Assembly: GCA_000004695.1 (NCBI GenBank)
Contig: CM000152.2
Span: forward strand, 4,448,001 to 4,512,000
Direction: 5' to 3'
Origin: Dictyostelium discoideum
Lineage: Eukaryota
DNA: 64,000 nt
A program made the translations under genes and the position numbers. How positions within the stretch are numbered: the stretch's first letter is position 1; each line of letters opens with the position of its first letter. A model generated the notes under the pieces. That model searched no databases. It saw nothing but the letters and a program-made list of their open reading frames with translations, and had not been told where the DNA came from. Positions 13,369 to 28,479 of this stretch are shown one piece after another.

Positions 13369-13619
13369 AATTAAAAAAAAATAAAAAAAAAAAAAAAAAA
13401 ACATTTTAATAATAAATCGTTCTTAATCATTCTTTTTTAGTTTTTTTTTTTTTTTTTTTATTATTTTATTATTATTTTTATTCCTTTTTTTTTTTTTTTT
13501 TTTTTTTAAAAAATATATATATTTTTGGTATTTCAGTCTTTTTTTTTGACAGGTCATAATACCAAGCCAATCTTTTATCAGATTTTTTTTTCCACAAAAA
13601 TTCCCAAAAAATTTTAACG

Positions 13620-13655
<36 letters not shown>

Positions 13656-13686
13656 AATTTTTTGAAATAAATAATTAGTCAAAGCA

Positions 13687-16665
13687 ATGGATCATATTAT
13701 TAATAATAATGAAAATGAAAATTTATTTTGGAAAGTTTATAGAAATGTTTATTTAAATAAAAAAATATTTGAACAGTTAGAAATAGTGTTGGATATTAAA
13801 TTTAAAGATTATAGAATGTATAATTCTAAATCTAGAATTAAATTTAAAGATATTAATTCATTAAAATGGATGATAGATAATTGTGAATTTGAAATTTTAA
13901 AGAAAAAGATTGAAAATGAAGAATTTATTCAAATTTGTGTGTTTGGTATGAAATCATTGGCAAAAATAAAAGATGAAAACTTGTCAATCCAACTATTAAA
14001 AATGTTAATGAATAATCAAAGAGATAATTTGGAACCTTACATTATTGGTGTTGCAATAGAATATGAAAAATTAAAAATGATAAAAGTGCTAGTTAATGAA
14101 CCATACTCTATGGAAATAACTAGATTTAATATTGATCAAGCAGTTCAAACATGTTCAGCTCAATTTTTGGATGAATTATTGTTAATGTGTGACTTTGAAT
14201 TAAGAGAAACCTGCAAAAATTTTAAATTATCCCTTATTCATCAGTCAATAAATAATTCTAAAAATAATGAAAATAATGATATATTAAATATTATCATTAA
14301 ATATCCTGAAATGATTCTTCCGATTCAAAATCGTTTATATACTCAATATAGTACACCATATATACGTTATAATTTACCAAGCTTGACATCTGCTAAACAA
14401 TTATTTTCAATATTTGAAACTAATTTATTTAAAAATGAATTTAAAGTCACAAAAGATTTAATTACAGTAATTATCAGGGATCAATTTAAATATCCATTCA
14501 ATATTTCAAAATTATTAGTTTTATTTGGATTGTATATACAGAATTTATATTTCGATGAATCTCAACAATTGATAGATAAAAAACAAGAAATTAAATCAAA
14601 AATGTTTGAAATATTCGATAATAATGAAACTTCAATTAATGAAAAAGAAAAACAATTATTTAAATTATTTATTTTAGAAATTAATTCAAAAGAAATTTAT
14701 AAAATTTATTTTTATAAATATTCAGAATTAATTGATGAAATGGATAATAACTCAAGTTATAAAACATTAAGTTTTTTAAATGTTTTTCAAAAATTTGATG
14801 AGATAATAAAATTGAATGATAAAAATGAATTAACAAATTTCATTTTAAAAATTATTGATAGTGAAATTCCAATTAAAGGTCAAAAATTCAAAAACTTATT
14901 TAAAAAAATAATTGATACAATAATTAATTATTTAATGGATGATGAATATAATTATAAAATAATTATTAATGAAATTAAAAGAAAGAATTTAGAAAAGTTA
15001 TTTTCAATACCATTTGAATGGAATCCAATTTTAAGAGAAATTATGATTGAACCAATCGATGGAGGATTAAATAAATTATTTATAAATGATAAAGAAACAA
15101 TTGATTGGTTATCATCTACATTTAAATTAAAATCAAAAAATCATAAAAATGTTAAAACCATATATAATAATAAAATGAAAAAAGGATTAGTTCAATTTTC
15201 AACACATCAACTTTATACATACTCAATTTTAATGTTAAACAAATACTCTTATGGAAAAAGTTTAATGAGGTCATTAATTTATCCATCAATCTATAGTCAT
15301 CCTTTAATAACAGTAAATGGAAATAAAGAATATTTAAATAAATCAGAAATTATGGAACTATTATTTAAATCAATAATATCATATAATTTAAATGAAACCT
15401 TATTATATGTTAGTTTAATAGATTTAAAGAATGATTTTAAACAGTTTATTTCAATTTGGAATAGAAAATCAAAATTAAATGAATATAGATTCTTATTTTT
15501 AGATCAATTATTTTCAAAAACTGATATTGGAACAATTAAAAATATTAAAGTTGAAATTGTAATCGATTCAATAAAATATTGGATAAATGAAGCAAAATCA
15601 AATTTACAAAACAATGATTTAGAATTATTATTTGAAACTATTATAAATTATTTATATAAAAAGTTAATTCAAAATCAAAATGTAAAAATTAATCAAGTTA
15701 TTGAAATTAGAGAACTTGTTTTAATATTAAATATTAAATTAGAGCACACACAATTTCATGTATTTTATTATTTAAATATCAAATCACCAAAACTTATTAA
15801 ATATTTATTATTAAATGAATCATTATTATCATCACTTTTGATTAATTTAGTTTCACCATCCTTTAAATTCCCAGATGGATTTAAATATTATTGTAGTAAT
15901 TCTGCTATTAATTATAATCAAATTCATCCCACTGATTCAATTCCAATAATATTAGATCCAATAAAAATTTCATTTGATTTTATAGTAAACGAATCATTTA
16001 TGAATTTATTAGAATATATTGATAAATTTTGGTCAAATAATAATACTTTAAAAGTAAATAAGCAATTATATTATTATTTAGATATTAATAGATTTGATTT
16101 ATTTTTAAAAGAATTTGAAGAAAACAAAGAAGCAAATGTATTTAAAAAAGCTGGTAATATCGCAATGTTAAATAAAGAATTTATAAGATCTTTATCAGTT
16201 GGAAAGATCAATGATAGTAAATTAATAAACTTTAAAAAATACATCGACCTGTCCCAACTATTTAAATATCAAGAAAATGAAAAATTCACACAAGATATTA
16301 TAAATCATTCAATTGTTGCCAATGAAAAAGAATTAGTTTCATTTATAATTAATTATTTAAAAATAGAGAAAATCAATATTTATTGTGAAACTTTTAATTT
16401 ATGCTACTATGATATTTTTAAATACATATTTGAAAATCATTCCAATACTATTAAATCCATTGATGTTGGATTTGTTCAAAATAAATGTATATCAGGAACT
16501 GATACCTTTATTCAAGACTCTATATCATTATTTGAATTATTTTTAAAATATTACCCAAATTCATTTGATAATATTTCATTCATTGGAATAACCTCAAACT
16601 CAAAATTACATCACTACTTTGTATCAATAAAATTAATGCCAGAATATTCCCACACAAACAAATAA
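13687..16665 (+). CDS. Lineage-specific hypothetical protein of 992 aa, paralog B of the tandem pair.
   Basis: It is a single ORF starting MDHIINNNENENLFWKVYRNVYLNKKIFEQLE. It is collinear with paralog A over its whole length, with a near-identical central segment. Confidence 0.75.
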   Translation: MDHIINNNENENLFWKVYRNVYLNKKIFEQLEIVLDIKFKDYRMYNSKSRIKFKDINSLKWMIDNCEFEILKKKIENEEFIQICVFGMKSLAKIKDENLSIQLLKMLMNNQRDNLEPYIIGVAIEYEKLKMIKVLVNEPYSMEITRFNIDQAVQTCSAQFLDELLLMCDFELRETCKNFKLSLIHQSINNSKNNENNDILNIIIKYPEMILPIQNRLYTQYSTPYIRYNLPSLTSAKQLFSIFETNLFKNEFKVTKDLITVIIRDQFKYPFNISKLLVLFGLYIQNLYFDESQQLIDKKQEIKSKMFEIFDNNETSINEKEKQLFKLFILEINSKEIYKIYFYKYSELIDEMDNNSSYKTLSFLNVFQKFDEIIKLNDKNELTNFILKIIDSEIPIKGQKFKNLFKKIIDTIINYLMDDEYNYKIIINEIKRKNLEKLFSIPFEWNPILREIMIEPIDGGLNKLFINDKETIDWLSSTFKLKSKNHKNVKTIYNNKMKKGLVQFSTHQLYTYSILMLNKYSYGKSLMRSLIYPSIYSHPLITVNGNKEYLNKSEIMELLFKSIISYNLNETLLYVSLIDLKNDFKQFISIWNRKSKLNEYRFLFLDQLFSKTDIGTIKNIKVEIVIDSIKYWINEAKSNLQNNDLELLFETIINYLYKKLIQNQNVKINQVIEIRELVLILNIKLEHTQFHVFYYLNIKSPKLIKYLLLNESLLSSLLINLVSPSFKFPDGFKYYCSNSAINYNQIHPTDSIPIILDPIKISFDFIVNESFMNLLEYIDKFWSNNNTLKVNKQLYYYLDINRFDLFLKEFEENKEANVFKKAGNIAMLNKEFIRSLSVGKINDSKLINFKKYIDLSQLFKYQENEKFTQDIINHSIVANEKELVSFIINYLKIEKINIYCETFNLCYYDIFKYIFENHSNTIKSIDVGFVQNKCISGTDTFIQDSISLFELFLKYYPNSFDNISFIGITSNSKLHHYFVSIKLMPEYSHTNK
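14906..15730 (+). repeat. Copy 2 of the ~0.83 kb near-identical segment (putative gene-conversion tract).
   Basis: See the entry for 11626-12450. Confidence 0.8.
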
Positions 16666-16772
16666 AATAAAAATAAATATATTAAAGAAATAAATAAAAT
16701 AAAAATAGATTTTTTTCCTTTTTTTTTTTTAAAATTAAACCAATTCATAATTATTACATTTTAAATTAATTA

Positions 16773-19683
<2,911 letters not shown>

Positions 19684-20485
19684 TCAAAAATTGAAACATA
19701 AAAGTCTTTTCTTTGATTTAATTTCTTTGCTTATTATTATTATTTTTTTTTTTTTATTATTATTATTATTATTTTTATTGTTATTATTATTATTATTTTT
19801 ATTGTTATTATTATTATTATAAAATGAGAAAGAAAAAAAAAAAAAAAAGAGGAAATGAAATTAATTTTTCATTTTTTTTTTTTTAAATTTTTATTTTTTA
19901 AATTTTTGTATTTTTTTTTTTATATATTTTTTTACTATTTATTCATTTAAAATCATCCAATAAATCTGTTTTTCCTGTTTGAAAATTTTTTATTCATTGA
20001 TAATTAACATTTTATTTTTTTAAGATTTTTAAATTAATTTTATTTAAATGAATTATTATTTAAATCAGTCGATTCTAAACCGGCTTTTTTTTTTTTAATT
20101 TTTCATTTTTTTAAATTTTTCACATTAAAAAAAAAAAAAAATTTCGCGCCCAAAATTAACCCACATTTTCTTGATATTTTTAGAAATTAAATAATGATAG
20201 ATTTAAATTAGATATTTTAAATTGTAAATATGTATAAAAAAACAAATTAATTTTTTTTTTTTTTTTACAGTGACAATAATTTTTTTTTTTATAATTTACT
20301 TCATTTTTTTTTTTTTTTAAATTGTAAATCATTTTTCTTATTTTTTTTTTTTCTATTTTTAGAAATCAAATAATGATAATTTAAAATGGATATTTTAAAT
20401 ATGAAACAAATTAATTTTATTTTTTATTTTTTTTTTCTATTTTTAGAATTTTTATTTATTTTTAAAATATTTTTTTTTTTTATTT

Positions 20486-22184
20486 TTAGAATTTTTCAAA
20501 TAATGGTTGAAGTTGTTTATCTTTTCTTTCTTTTTTAATTCTTTTTAATTCTAATTCATTATTTTTAGCAATAGCATCTTTTTCTAATCTTTCTAATCTT
20601 GCAATTTCATTCTTTTCAGTGATATAATCTAAAGCGAAACATAAACCAATGATCATAGCACCAACAAGACTTAATAATACAACCAAAGTTGTACCATCAG
20701 AAGAAGATCTAAGAACTGAATTTATGATATTATATTTATAGAGATCATTATAATATTTAGTGCCAGAACTTTGACCACCAAATGTAATCATAGTATTGAA
20801 AAGCGTGGTTATTGAAGTATGGCCTGATCTAGCATCAGGACCACCACTACCAATACTTGAAACGAATTCCCATTTACTAAACTCTATACTGTATCTCCAA
20901 ACTGATGAAACTGCATTCGAAGTTGAATCATTACCAGCAAATACCAACATTGTGCCCAATGGTGTCAATACAGCGGTGTGGCCATATCTTGAATCTGGTG
21001 TTGATGATGTGGAATTCAATGTTGCATTTACCCATTTCTCATTCTCTGCATCGAAAATATAAATTGCACCACTAACTTTTGATGATGATAATGATGATGA
21101 TGTTGATGTAGTAGTGGTAGTACTATTCTCATTATATTTACCACCGAAAACTATCATTTGATTAGTTAATGTCATTATTGATGAGTGTAAAAATAAACCA
21201 AATTTTGGTGCAAATAATTGTTTCTCTTCAATTGTTGTCCATTCATTTCTTTCAAAATCAAACTTAATAATATCATTTAAAAATGGTCCATCTCTACTCA
21301 ATGTATTTGATCCACCATAAAAATAGAAACAATTATAAATTGAATATAAAACACCACTATGTCCCCATCTACCTTTTGGTAAATTAACTGTAACATTTAT
21401 TAATTCCCAATTATCTGTAACTAAATAATTTTAAAATTATATACAGTATTAATATATATTTACATTTATACATATATATATAAATTAAATATATATACAG
21501 TATTAATATATATTTACATTTATATATATATATATATATATAAATTAAATAAAAATTATAATTTACCCATATTATATTTATAAATATCATTAAAAACAGT
21601 TGATTGATTTCTACCACCAAAAATAAACATTCTATTATCAGGTGTTGTTAAAGCAACATGGCCATAACGTTCAGATGGTATTGAACCTGGTAAATTTAAT
21701 TTTGTATGATTTGCATTTTTATTCTTTGCTAACCATGAATCTTGAATTAAATCGTATATTGTTAAATTATTATTTGGTAAATGATCAGAATCTTTACCAC
21801 CAAATACAATCATTGTATTATTAATTGGGTTTAATGCTGCTGAATGTAATGATACTGCTTTTGGTGCATTTTCAGTACCTGATATTACAATTGTAATCCA
21901 ACTATCTGTTACAAAATTACCTATATGCATATACATAATTTGAAATTTTTATTTATTAATTAATTAATTAATTAGTAAAGTTAAATAAAAATAAATAAAT
22001 AAATAAATAAATAAAAAATAAATAAAAAAAATAAATAAAAAAAAAAAAAAAAAATTATCCGATTTCTTTTTTTTATATGGCAGTAAAAAAAAAAAAAAAA
22101 AAAAAATCAATACTTACTGAAACTTTTTGAAACATTGAATAAACAAAACGATAATAACAAAATATAAATTAATGGTTTATTCAT
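20486..22184 (-). CDS. Kelch-repeat (beta-propeller) type I membrane protein with an N-terminal signal peptide and a C-terminal transmembrane segment. Three exons at about 22118-22184, 21567-21920 and 20486-21414, giving about 449 aa.
   Basis: Exon 1 encodes MNKPLIYILLLSFCLFNVSKSF (a signal peptide) and ends at a GTAAGT donor. Exon 2 begins at catatag|GT and ends at GTAAAT. Exon 3 begins at tttagttacag. Kelch-type repeats recur (IVFGG..., RYGH..., IFGG...). The hydrophobic stretch LVVLLSLVGAMIIGLCFAL is followed by a charged coiled tail. Confidence 0.7.
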
Positions 22185-22520
22185 ATTTATTTATATAAAG
22201 TTTAAATATAACTTAAACTACAAAATAGATATAATATACCACAATTTATTTATAGTTCAATAATAATGATAAAAAAAAAAAGTTTTTAAAAAAAAAAAAA
22301 AATTGGGTGGTTTCATTTTTTCCCAAAAAAAAAAAAAAAAATCAGAAAAAAAAAAAATTAAAAAAAAATAAAAAAAAAATAAAAAAAATAAAATTTCCAA
22401 CTAATCAAAAACTGATATTTTTTCACCCCTGTGCAATGGTGAATTTTATTTTATTTTATTCATTAAACAAAAATTCCAAATTTCTTTTTTTTTTTTTTTT
22501 TTTTTTTTTTAATTGGGATT

Positions 22521-22805
22521 CTAAAGATTTAAAGATTTTGGTAAATTAACATAAGTTGAATAAAGATCTTGATTATTTGGTGGGATGGGATATAAAGATG
22601 TACAACTATGAGTGGATAAATAAGATTGATAATAAAAACTTTTAAGATCTTGTTTCGTAATATCTTTAAAATGTTTCGATTGTTGTTCATTTGTTGTCTT
22701 CTTTTGAGAATTTGAAAATCCACTACCACCAACATTAATCGATGAGAAACCATTTCGTAATGGTGAATTTGGTATTGGTTGGTGATATTGATTATTATTG
22801 AAGTT

Positions 22806-22848
<43 letters not shown>

Positions 22849-24057
22849 TTATTATTGTTGTTGTGATGGGTATTGATAATATTATTATTGTTGTTATAAT
22901 TGGTATTGATATTAGGGTTAACATTGATATTATTATTACTATCTCCCATATTTGCATTACCAATATTAATTGGTTGATTTTTTGAATGATGATAATGATA
23001 GCTTTGGTGGGTTTGACTATCTTTTAAAGTTTTTTTTTCTGGTTCATATTGATACCTATAGTTCTCATTTGTATAATGTATTGGTTGTTTTGAAGGTGGT
23101 AATAAAATTGGAGATTTCAAAATAACACCACCTTCATTACTAATGATATTACCACTACCACCTCCATTACTATTACTACTATCATTAATATCATGTTGTT
23201 TTTGCTGTTGTTGATGATGATTATGATGTTGTTGTTGTTGGTATTGCTGTTGATGTTGTTGTTGATGTTGTTGCTTTTGTTGATTACCATTATTATTATT
23301 ATTATTAGTATAATTATAATGATTATTATTAGCAATATTATGATTATGATTATTATTACTATTACTATTACTATTACTATTACTATTACTATTGATATTA
23401 TTATTATTATTATTATTATTATTGTTATTATTATTATTACTGTTTACATTTTCTTGATCATTTATTAATCTATCAATTAAACTTGTATGTTCATTGTTAT
23501 TGCTATTAGTATTATTGTTATTATTATGAGTTGATGATGAAGATGATAAAATTGGTGTTGAGGATGATAAAACTTTTGAATTTTTAAGATTGATTTTATT
23601 ATTCTCATTTGATTTATTTTCATTTAAGGAAGAATAAAGTTTTGATTTTGATTTTTCATTTGTATTTTTTAAATATTCTTTATAATATTTTAGAGAATAT
23701 TGATCTTGACTATTATACTCTAATGGACTTTCTAAATGTGGATAGTTAATATATTGATTGAATATCTCTAAATCAAAATTATTTGTACCTAAATGTATAC
23801 CAAAATGTTTCAAAGGTTGATAATCTGGACCATTATGTAATTTAATATTTGAACCTAATTTCTTATTTTTATTTCTATTAAATTCTGCAATTATACTATT
23901 TGAATCATTTAATCCTACAACTGAACTATTATCATTCTTTTTAAATATTGAATTGTTTCTCTTTGATAATGACACAACCCATCTTTTAATATCATATCTT
24001 TTACTTTCATCTTGTTCATTATTATTATTACTATTAATATTATTGTTATTAATATTA

Positions 24058-24127
<70 letters not shown>

Positions 24128-24169
24128 CTTCATCATTTAATTGCTGTTGTTGTTGATTTAATTGATTTG

Positions 24170-24229
<60 letters not shown>

Positions 24230-26783
24230 GATCAAAATCATTATTATTTAATTGATTTTGACTTGAATCTAATTTTTGTTTTTGTTGTAAATAAGGAGTT
24301 GATAAATTTTGATTTGGATTTTCAATTGTAATTGTTAATGGTGAAGATTGATTTCTAAAACGAATTGGATCACAAAAACGATAAGAGAAATGTTTTTCAA
24401 ATAAAGTTAAACGATCAGTTTTATAGAAAGTATCTTCAAATTCATATAGGGATTTGGCCTTCATCATTTGAATCATTGAAGCTCTACTAACCAAATTGAA
24501 TAATAAAGATGACTTTTTAAATTGATTCAAAGAATGATCCCACCAATTTGTAAAAGCTAAAAGGTGATGTTGTTTTCTATTGGTTATATTATGTAGATAA
24601 TGATCGGTTTCTAAATTCCATAATGGTATTTTCTCGATCGCGATTTGCTTAGCCGGCACGAAATAACCCAAGAATAAATTAATTGAATGTTGTTTATCGG
24701 CATCAATGAATGAATTGCTAATGTATCTTTTAATTGCGTTAACTAAATCTCTAGATTGAGAAGATAGTGAATGCTTGGTATAGGTTTTAATTGTGTTTGC
24801 TAATTCTGAGCCACCATATTGTAAAGCGATTTGGTTACCACATGCCTCATACATATCGATTAAAACTTGAACTATACCTGTATTGAAATCCAATGATGGA
24901 CTATCCAATAAACCCATAGAATACAATTGATAACCTAATGCACATTTCCCAATACAAAATTGTGCTGCATTTGTTCTATCCAATGAATCAATACAATTAG
25001 TTCTAACTACACCAATTTGTTCAGTACCAATTTCATTAAATAAATAACTAAATAATTCATTCTCTTTTTCATTTAATCCACTTATTGTTGTTGCTGCTGT
25101 TGTTGTTGTTGTTGTTGTTGTTGAACCACCATTATCATCACTACTTGAATTATAATTCTCTCTTAAAAAATTACAATATAATTTTGAACTTGAATAAAAT
25201 ATACCAGTTTTTAAAATTGATTGATTTGCAAAAGAATCCAACCAAGCCATATGATCCTCATCCTTTGATTTAGCTGCTTGATGGAAATCCCAAGCTTGAT
25301 AATGAATTCTATGTTGTTCAGGTAACATTTCATTTAAACAATTGATACAATCAGTGAATTCATTTCTTAGGATACTCTCTCTTGGTTTCTTTTCATTGGA
25401 TTTAACAAGATTCAATATGATAATGGGTGACCCAAATCTTTGAAATAAATCTTGAAAATGTAAAATAGTAGAACCTAAAAACGGATCCATACGTTGAATT
25501 TTAATTGGTGGTTTAGGTGTCATTATATTGTTATCCTGTTCCCAATACAATGGTATTGAACCTCTAATTTGAACGAATGAAGAGAACTTTGCCTTACTAG
25601 ACCATCCAGTCAATGGTTCTTGAAGTATTTGTTCAGTCTCTACATCATTTGCAACCTGTCCATTCTCATTAATACCACGTTTTAAAAATCTTGCACCTGC
25701 ATAATATCTACTACGACGTGCTATCAATATTAAATCTAATCCTTTACCGAAAATATCAATCTTATCCTGAACGAAATAACCATGAATAATCGGTAACACC
25801 CAATACCACGTCTTCACCTGATCAACTAAACATTCTAATAAAAAGTGATTCCATGTAAATTGATCATTATAATATAATTTCTTTTTATTAATTTCATTTG
25901 TATTTGTATTTGTATTATTATTATTATTATTATTACTATTATTATTAGTTTGTGGTATATTTTTTGGTATTGGTGAATGAAAATATCTTGTCATATTATA
26001 TTGTAAAGTTCTAGTTATATCATAGGTATAACTAAAATAGAAATCTTTTGTTAAATCTAGGCTGAGGAATAAACCTTTGTATCTAGTTTCATCGGCAAAT
26101 TCTGGTGAATTAGTTTTTGGAAATGATGGTGGTATATAGACATAGGTGATATCATCGATACCATAGATGAAATGTGTACCAATCATACCAACTTTTCTCT
26201 TTTTTGTAATTAGTATTATATAATATCCATGTAAGAATCTAATGAATCCTAAAATACCATATGCTGAACAAACTCTTGTTAATCCCTCTCTATTAGCATT
26301 ACCAATCATTGTTAATAAATCTTGAATTTGTTGTTTATTATAATCGGTTGGATCCTCTGATATCATTACTTCCTCTTCATAAGTTCTATCAATTTTTAAA
26401 ACTTTAAATCTATTTTTTGTTCTATTTGATCCAACTAAATAAAATCTCTAAAATTTATATTTTTTTTTAAGTATGAATTCAATAAAATATATATATATAT
26501 AATACATATAATATTTTCATTTTATTAAACTTACAGTTTTAGTTTCATATAATACAAATCTTTGAAGTGAAAAACAAGTTGGTGGCATAATATAATTATC
26601 ACTCTCTTGTTTTTTATATGTTAAATCGTCCCAAAATGAGGGTTTATTGAATGATGAGCTATCTTGTGTTATATTCTCTTCATGTTTATTTTGGTGTTTA
26701 TTATTATTATTTTTATTATTATTATCCACATTTAATTTTGGTGTTGGAGTTGGTATTGGTGGTGGAGAAATAGAAGAAGACAT
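22521..26783 (-). CDS. FIG4/Sac3-type phosphoinositide 5-phosphatase (SAC domain) of about 1391 aa with very long N/Q-rich low-complexity inserts. Two exons at about 26535-26783 and 22521-26447.
   Basis: Exon 1 encodes ...LQRFVLYETKT and ends at GTAAGT. Exon 2 begins at aaattttag and encodes RFYLVGSNRTKNRFKVLKIDR... The N-terminus resembles FIG4 (LHGYYIILITKKRKVGMIGTHFIYGIDDITYVYIP). The Sac catalytic motif RTNCIDSLDRTNAAQF (CX5R(T/S)) is present. Confidence 0.8.
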
Positions 26784-26923
26784 GTCTTCTTTATTTAAGT
26801 TTGTATATGTGGGGGAATTTTTTAAAATAAAAAAAATAAAAAAATAAAAAAATAAAAAAAAAATGATTTTTTAAAAAATCTATTATTTTTTATTTTTTTT
26901 AATTTTTTATTTTTTACTTTTTT

Positions 26924-26955
<32 letters not shown>

Positions 26956-27057
26956 TAAAAAAAAAAAAAAAAAAAAAAAAAAAACAAAATTTTATATTTT
27001 GAAATTAAGTTTGGGGTACATAAAATAAAAATAAAAAAAATATACATATATATAAAA

Positions 27058-28479
27058 ATGGTAATGATAGATGATACTAATAGATTCTTAGAATGTGTTA
27101 AAAGGAAATGTAATGATCCGTCAATGAAAAATAAAATTTCAAATCAAACATTACTAAAAAAGAATCAAACAAAAAAAGAACATCAAACAGATATTATCAT
27201 AAAAGCATCAATTTCAATTGTAAGCTTATATATATATATTATATATAGATATTATATTAAATATTATTTATTCATTTTTAACCAATTTTTATTGTTATTC
27301 TTTTTTTTTTTTTAAATTTAATTTTTATTATTATTATTAAATAATTTAAAAAAAAAAAAAAAAAAATTAAAAATTAATATAGTATAATACAATTAATACA
27401 TTAGAATTATTTTTAAATGAACATAAAGAAGCATATGTTAATACAACTACACATATAAAATCAATGTCATCAAAGATGACAGATGAAGAGAGAGAGGAGA
27501 TTGATAAATTATCAACCAACCAAATTGAAGTTTGTAAGAGTAGTATTAAATCAATTGAAGAATTAATTAGAAAGCATTATACAGATTTATCAAAAAGTTA
27601 TAAAAAAGAGTTATCTAAATGGTATGGTAATAAATCAATATCATCATCATCAATTGCAATACTTGATATAATAAGAGATGATCCTGCTGACTTTTTAAAT
27701 CTATCTGAAACTGGTAGATTATCATTAAGAGAATCATTAGAAAACTACGGTCCTAGAGTCGTACTCTATAGCAATATCGTCGATCAATTAAAACATTATT
27801 TAAATAATGTTTCAAATTCGTTTAAAAAGTTAAGATCATTCAGATTAAATTTAAAATTAAAAGAATCTGAAAAATTAGGTAATAAAGCAACTCAAGATAA
27901 TACAACTTTATTAAGATTAAGAAATAAACCATCGTCATCATCATCAACAAAAGATCCAAATTCATATAATTATGAAGAAGAAGAAGAGAATGAAAAGAAA
28001 GTAACAACAAAAGATTTATATGGTGGTGATGGTGATGGTGATGATGATGAATTTGATGAAGAGGAAATGCAAATTTATGAACAACAAAACTCTGAATTAA
28101 AAGCTGAATTAGAAACATTAGCTGATCAAATTGAGTATGTAGAAATATTTACTTAATTAATTATTGAAATATTTATATCCTAACATTATTTTTATTTTTA
28201 TTTTATTATTATTATTAAAAAAAAAAAAAAAGAGTTATAAATCGTCAAGTTGAAGAATTATCACAACTATTTGATGAAATTACACCTCATATTTTACAAC
28301 ATAAAGAAGTGATTACAAATATACACACTACTACTATTGAGGCAACAAATTATGTTACAAGAGGAAACAATCAAATTTATGAAGCAACAAAGAAAAGTTT
28401 TGATTTTAGAGTGATGGTTTTAATATTTTTAATTATTTCTTCATTAAGTTTATTGGTTTTAAATTGGTACCAAGATTAA
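27058..28479 (+). CDS. Syntaxin-18 (ER Qa-SNARE, Ufe1 family). Three exons at about 27058-27219, 27383-28134 and 28233-28479.
   Basis: Exon 1 encodes MVMIDDTNRFLECVK... Exon 2 (acceptor atatag) encodes ...LELFLNEHKEAYVN...MSSKMTDEEREEIDKL, which aligns with human STX18 KLRDFLLEHRKDYINAY...MSEYGRMTDTERDQIDQ. Exon 3 encodes the SNARE motif and tail anchor (VINRQVEELSQLFDEI...FDFRVMVLIFLIISSLSLLVLNWYQD*), which aligns with the STX18 C-terminus [26 protein letters not shown]. Donors are GTAAGC and GTATGT, and the phases are consistent. Confidence 0.85.

Noticed and set aside
22307-22549. ORF of 80 aa, MVSFFPKKKKKNQKKKK..., between the kelch and FIG4 genes.
   Set aside because: It is translated from poly-A/poly-T intergenic sequence. 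The peptide is homopolymeric and overlaps the FIG4 3' end. It is not a credible gene.
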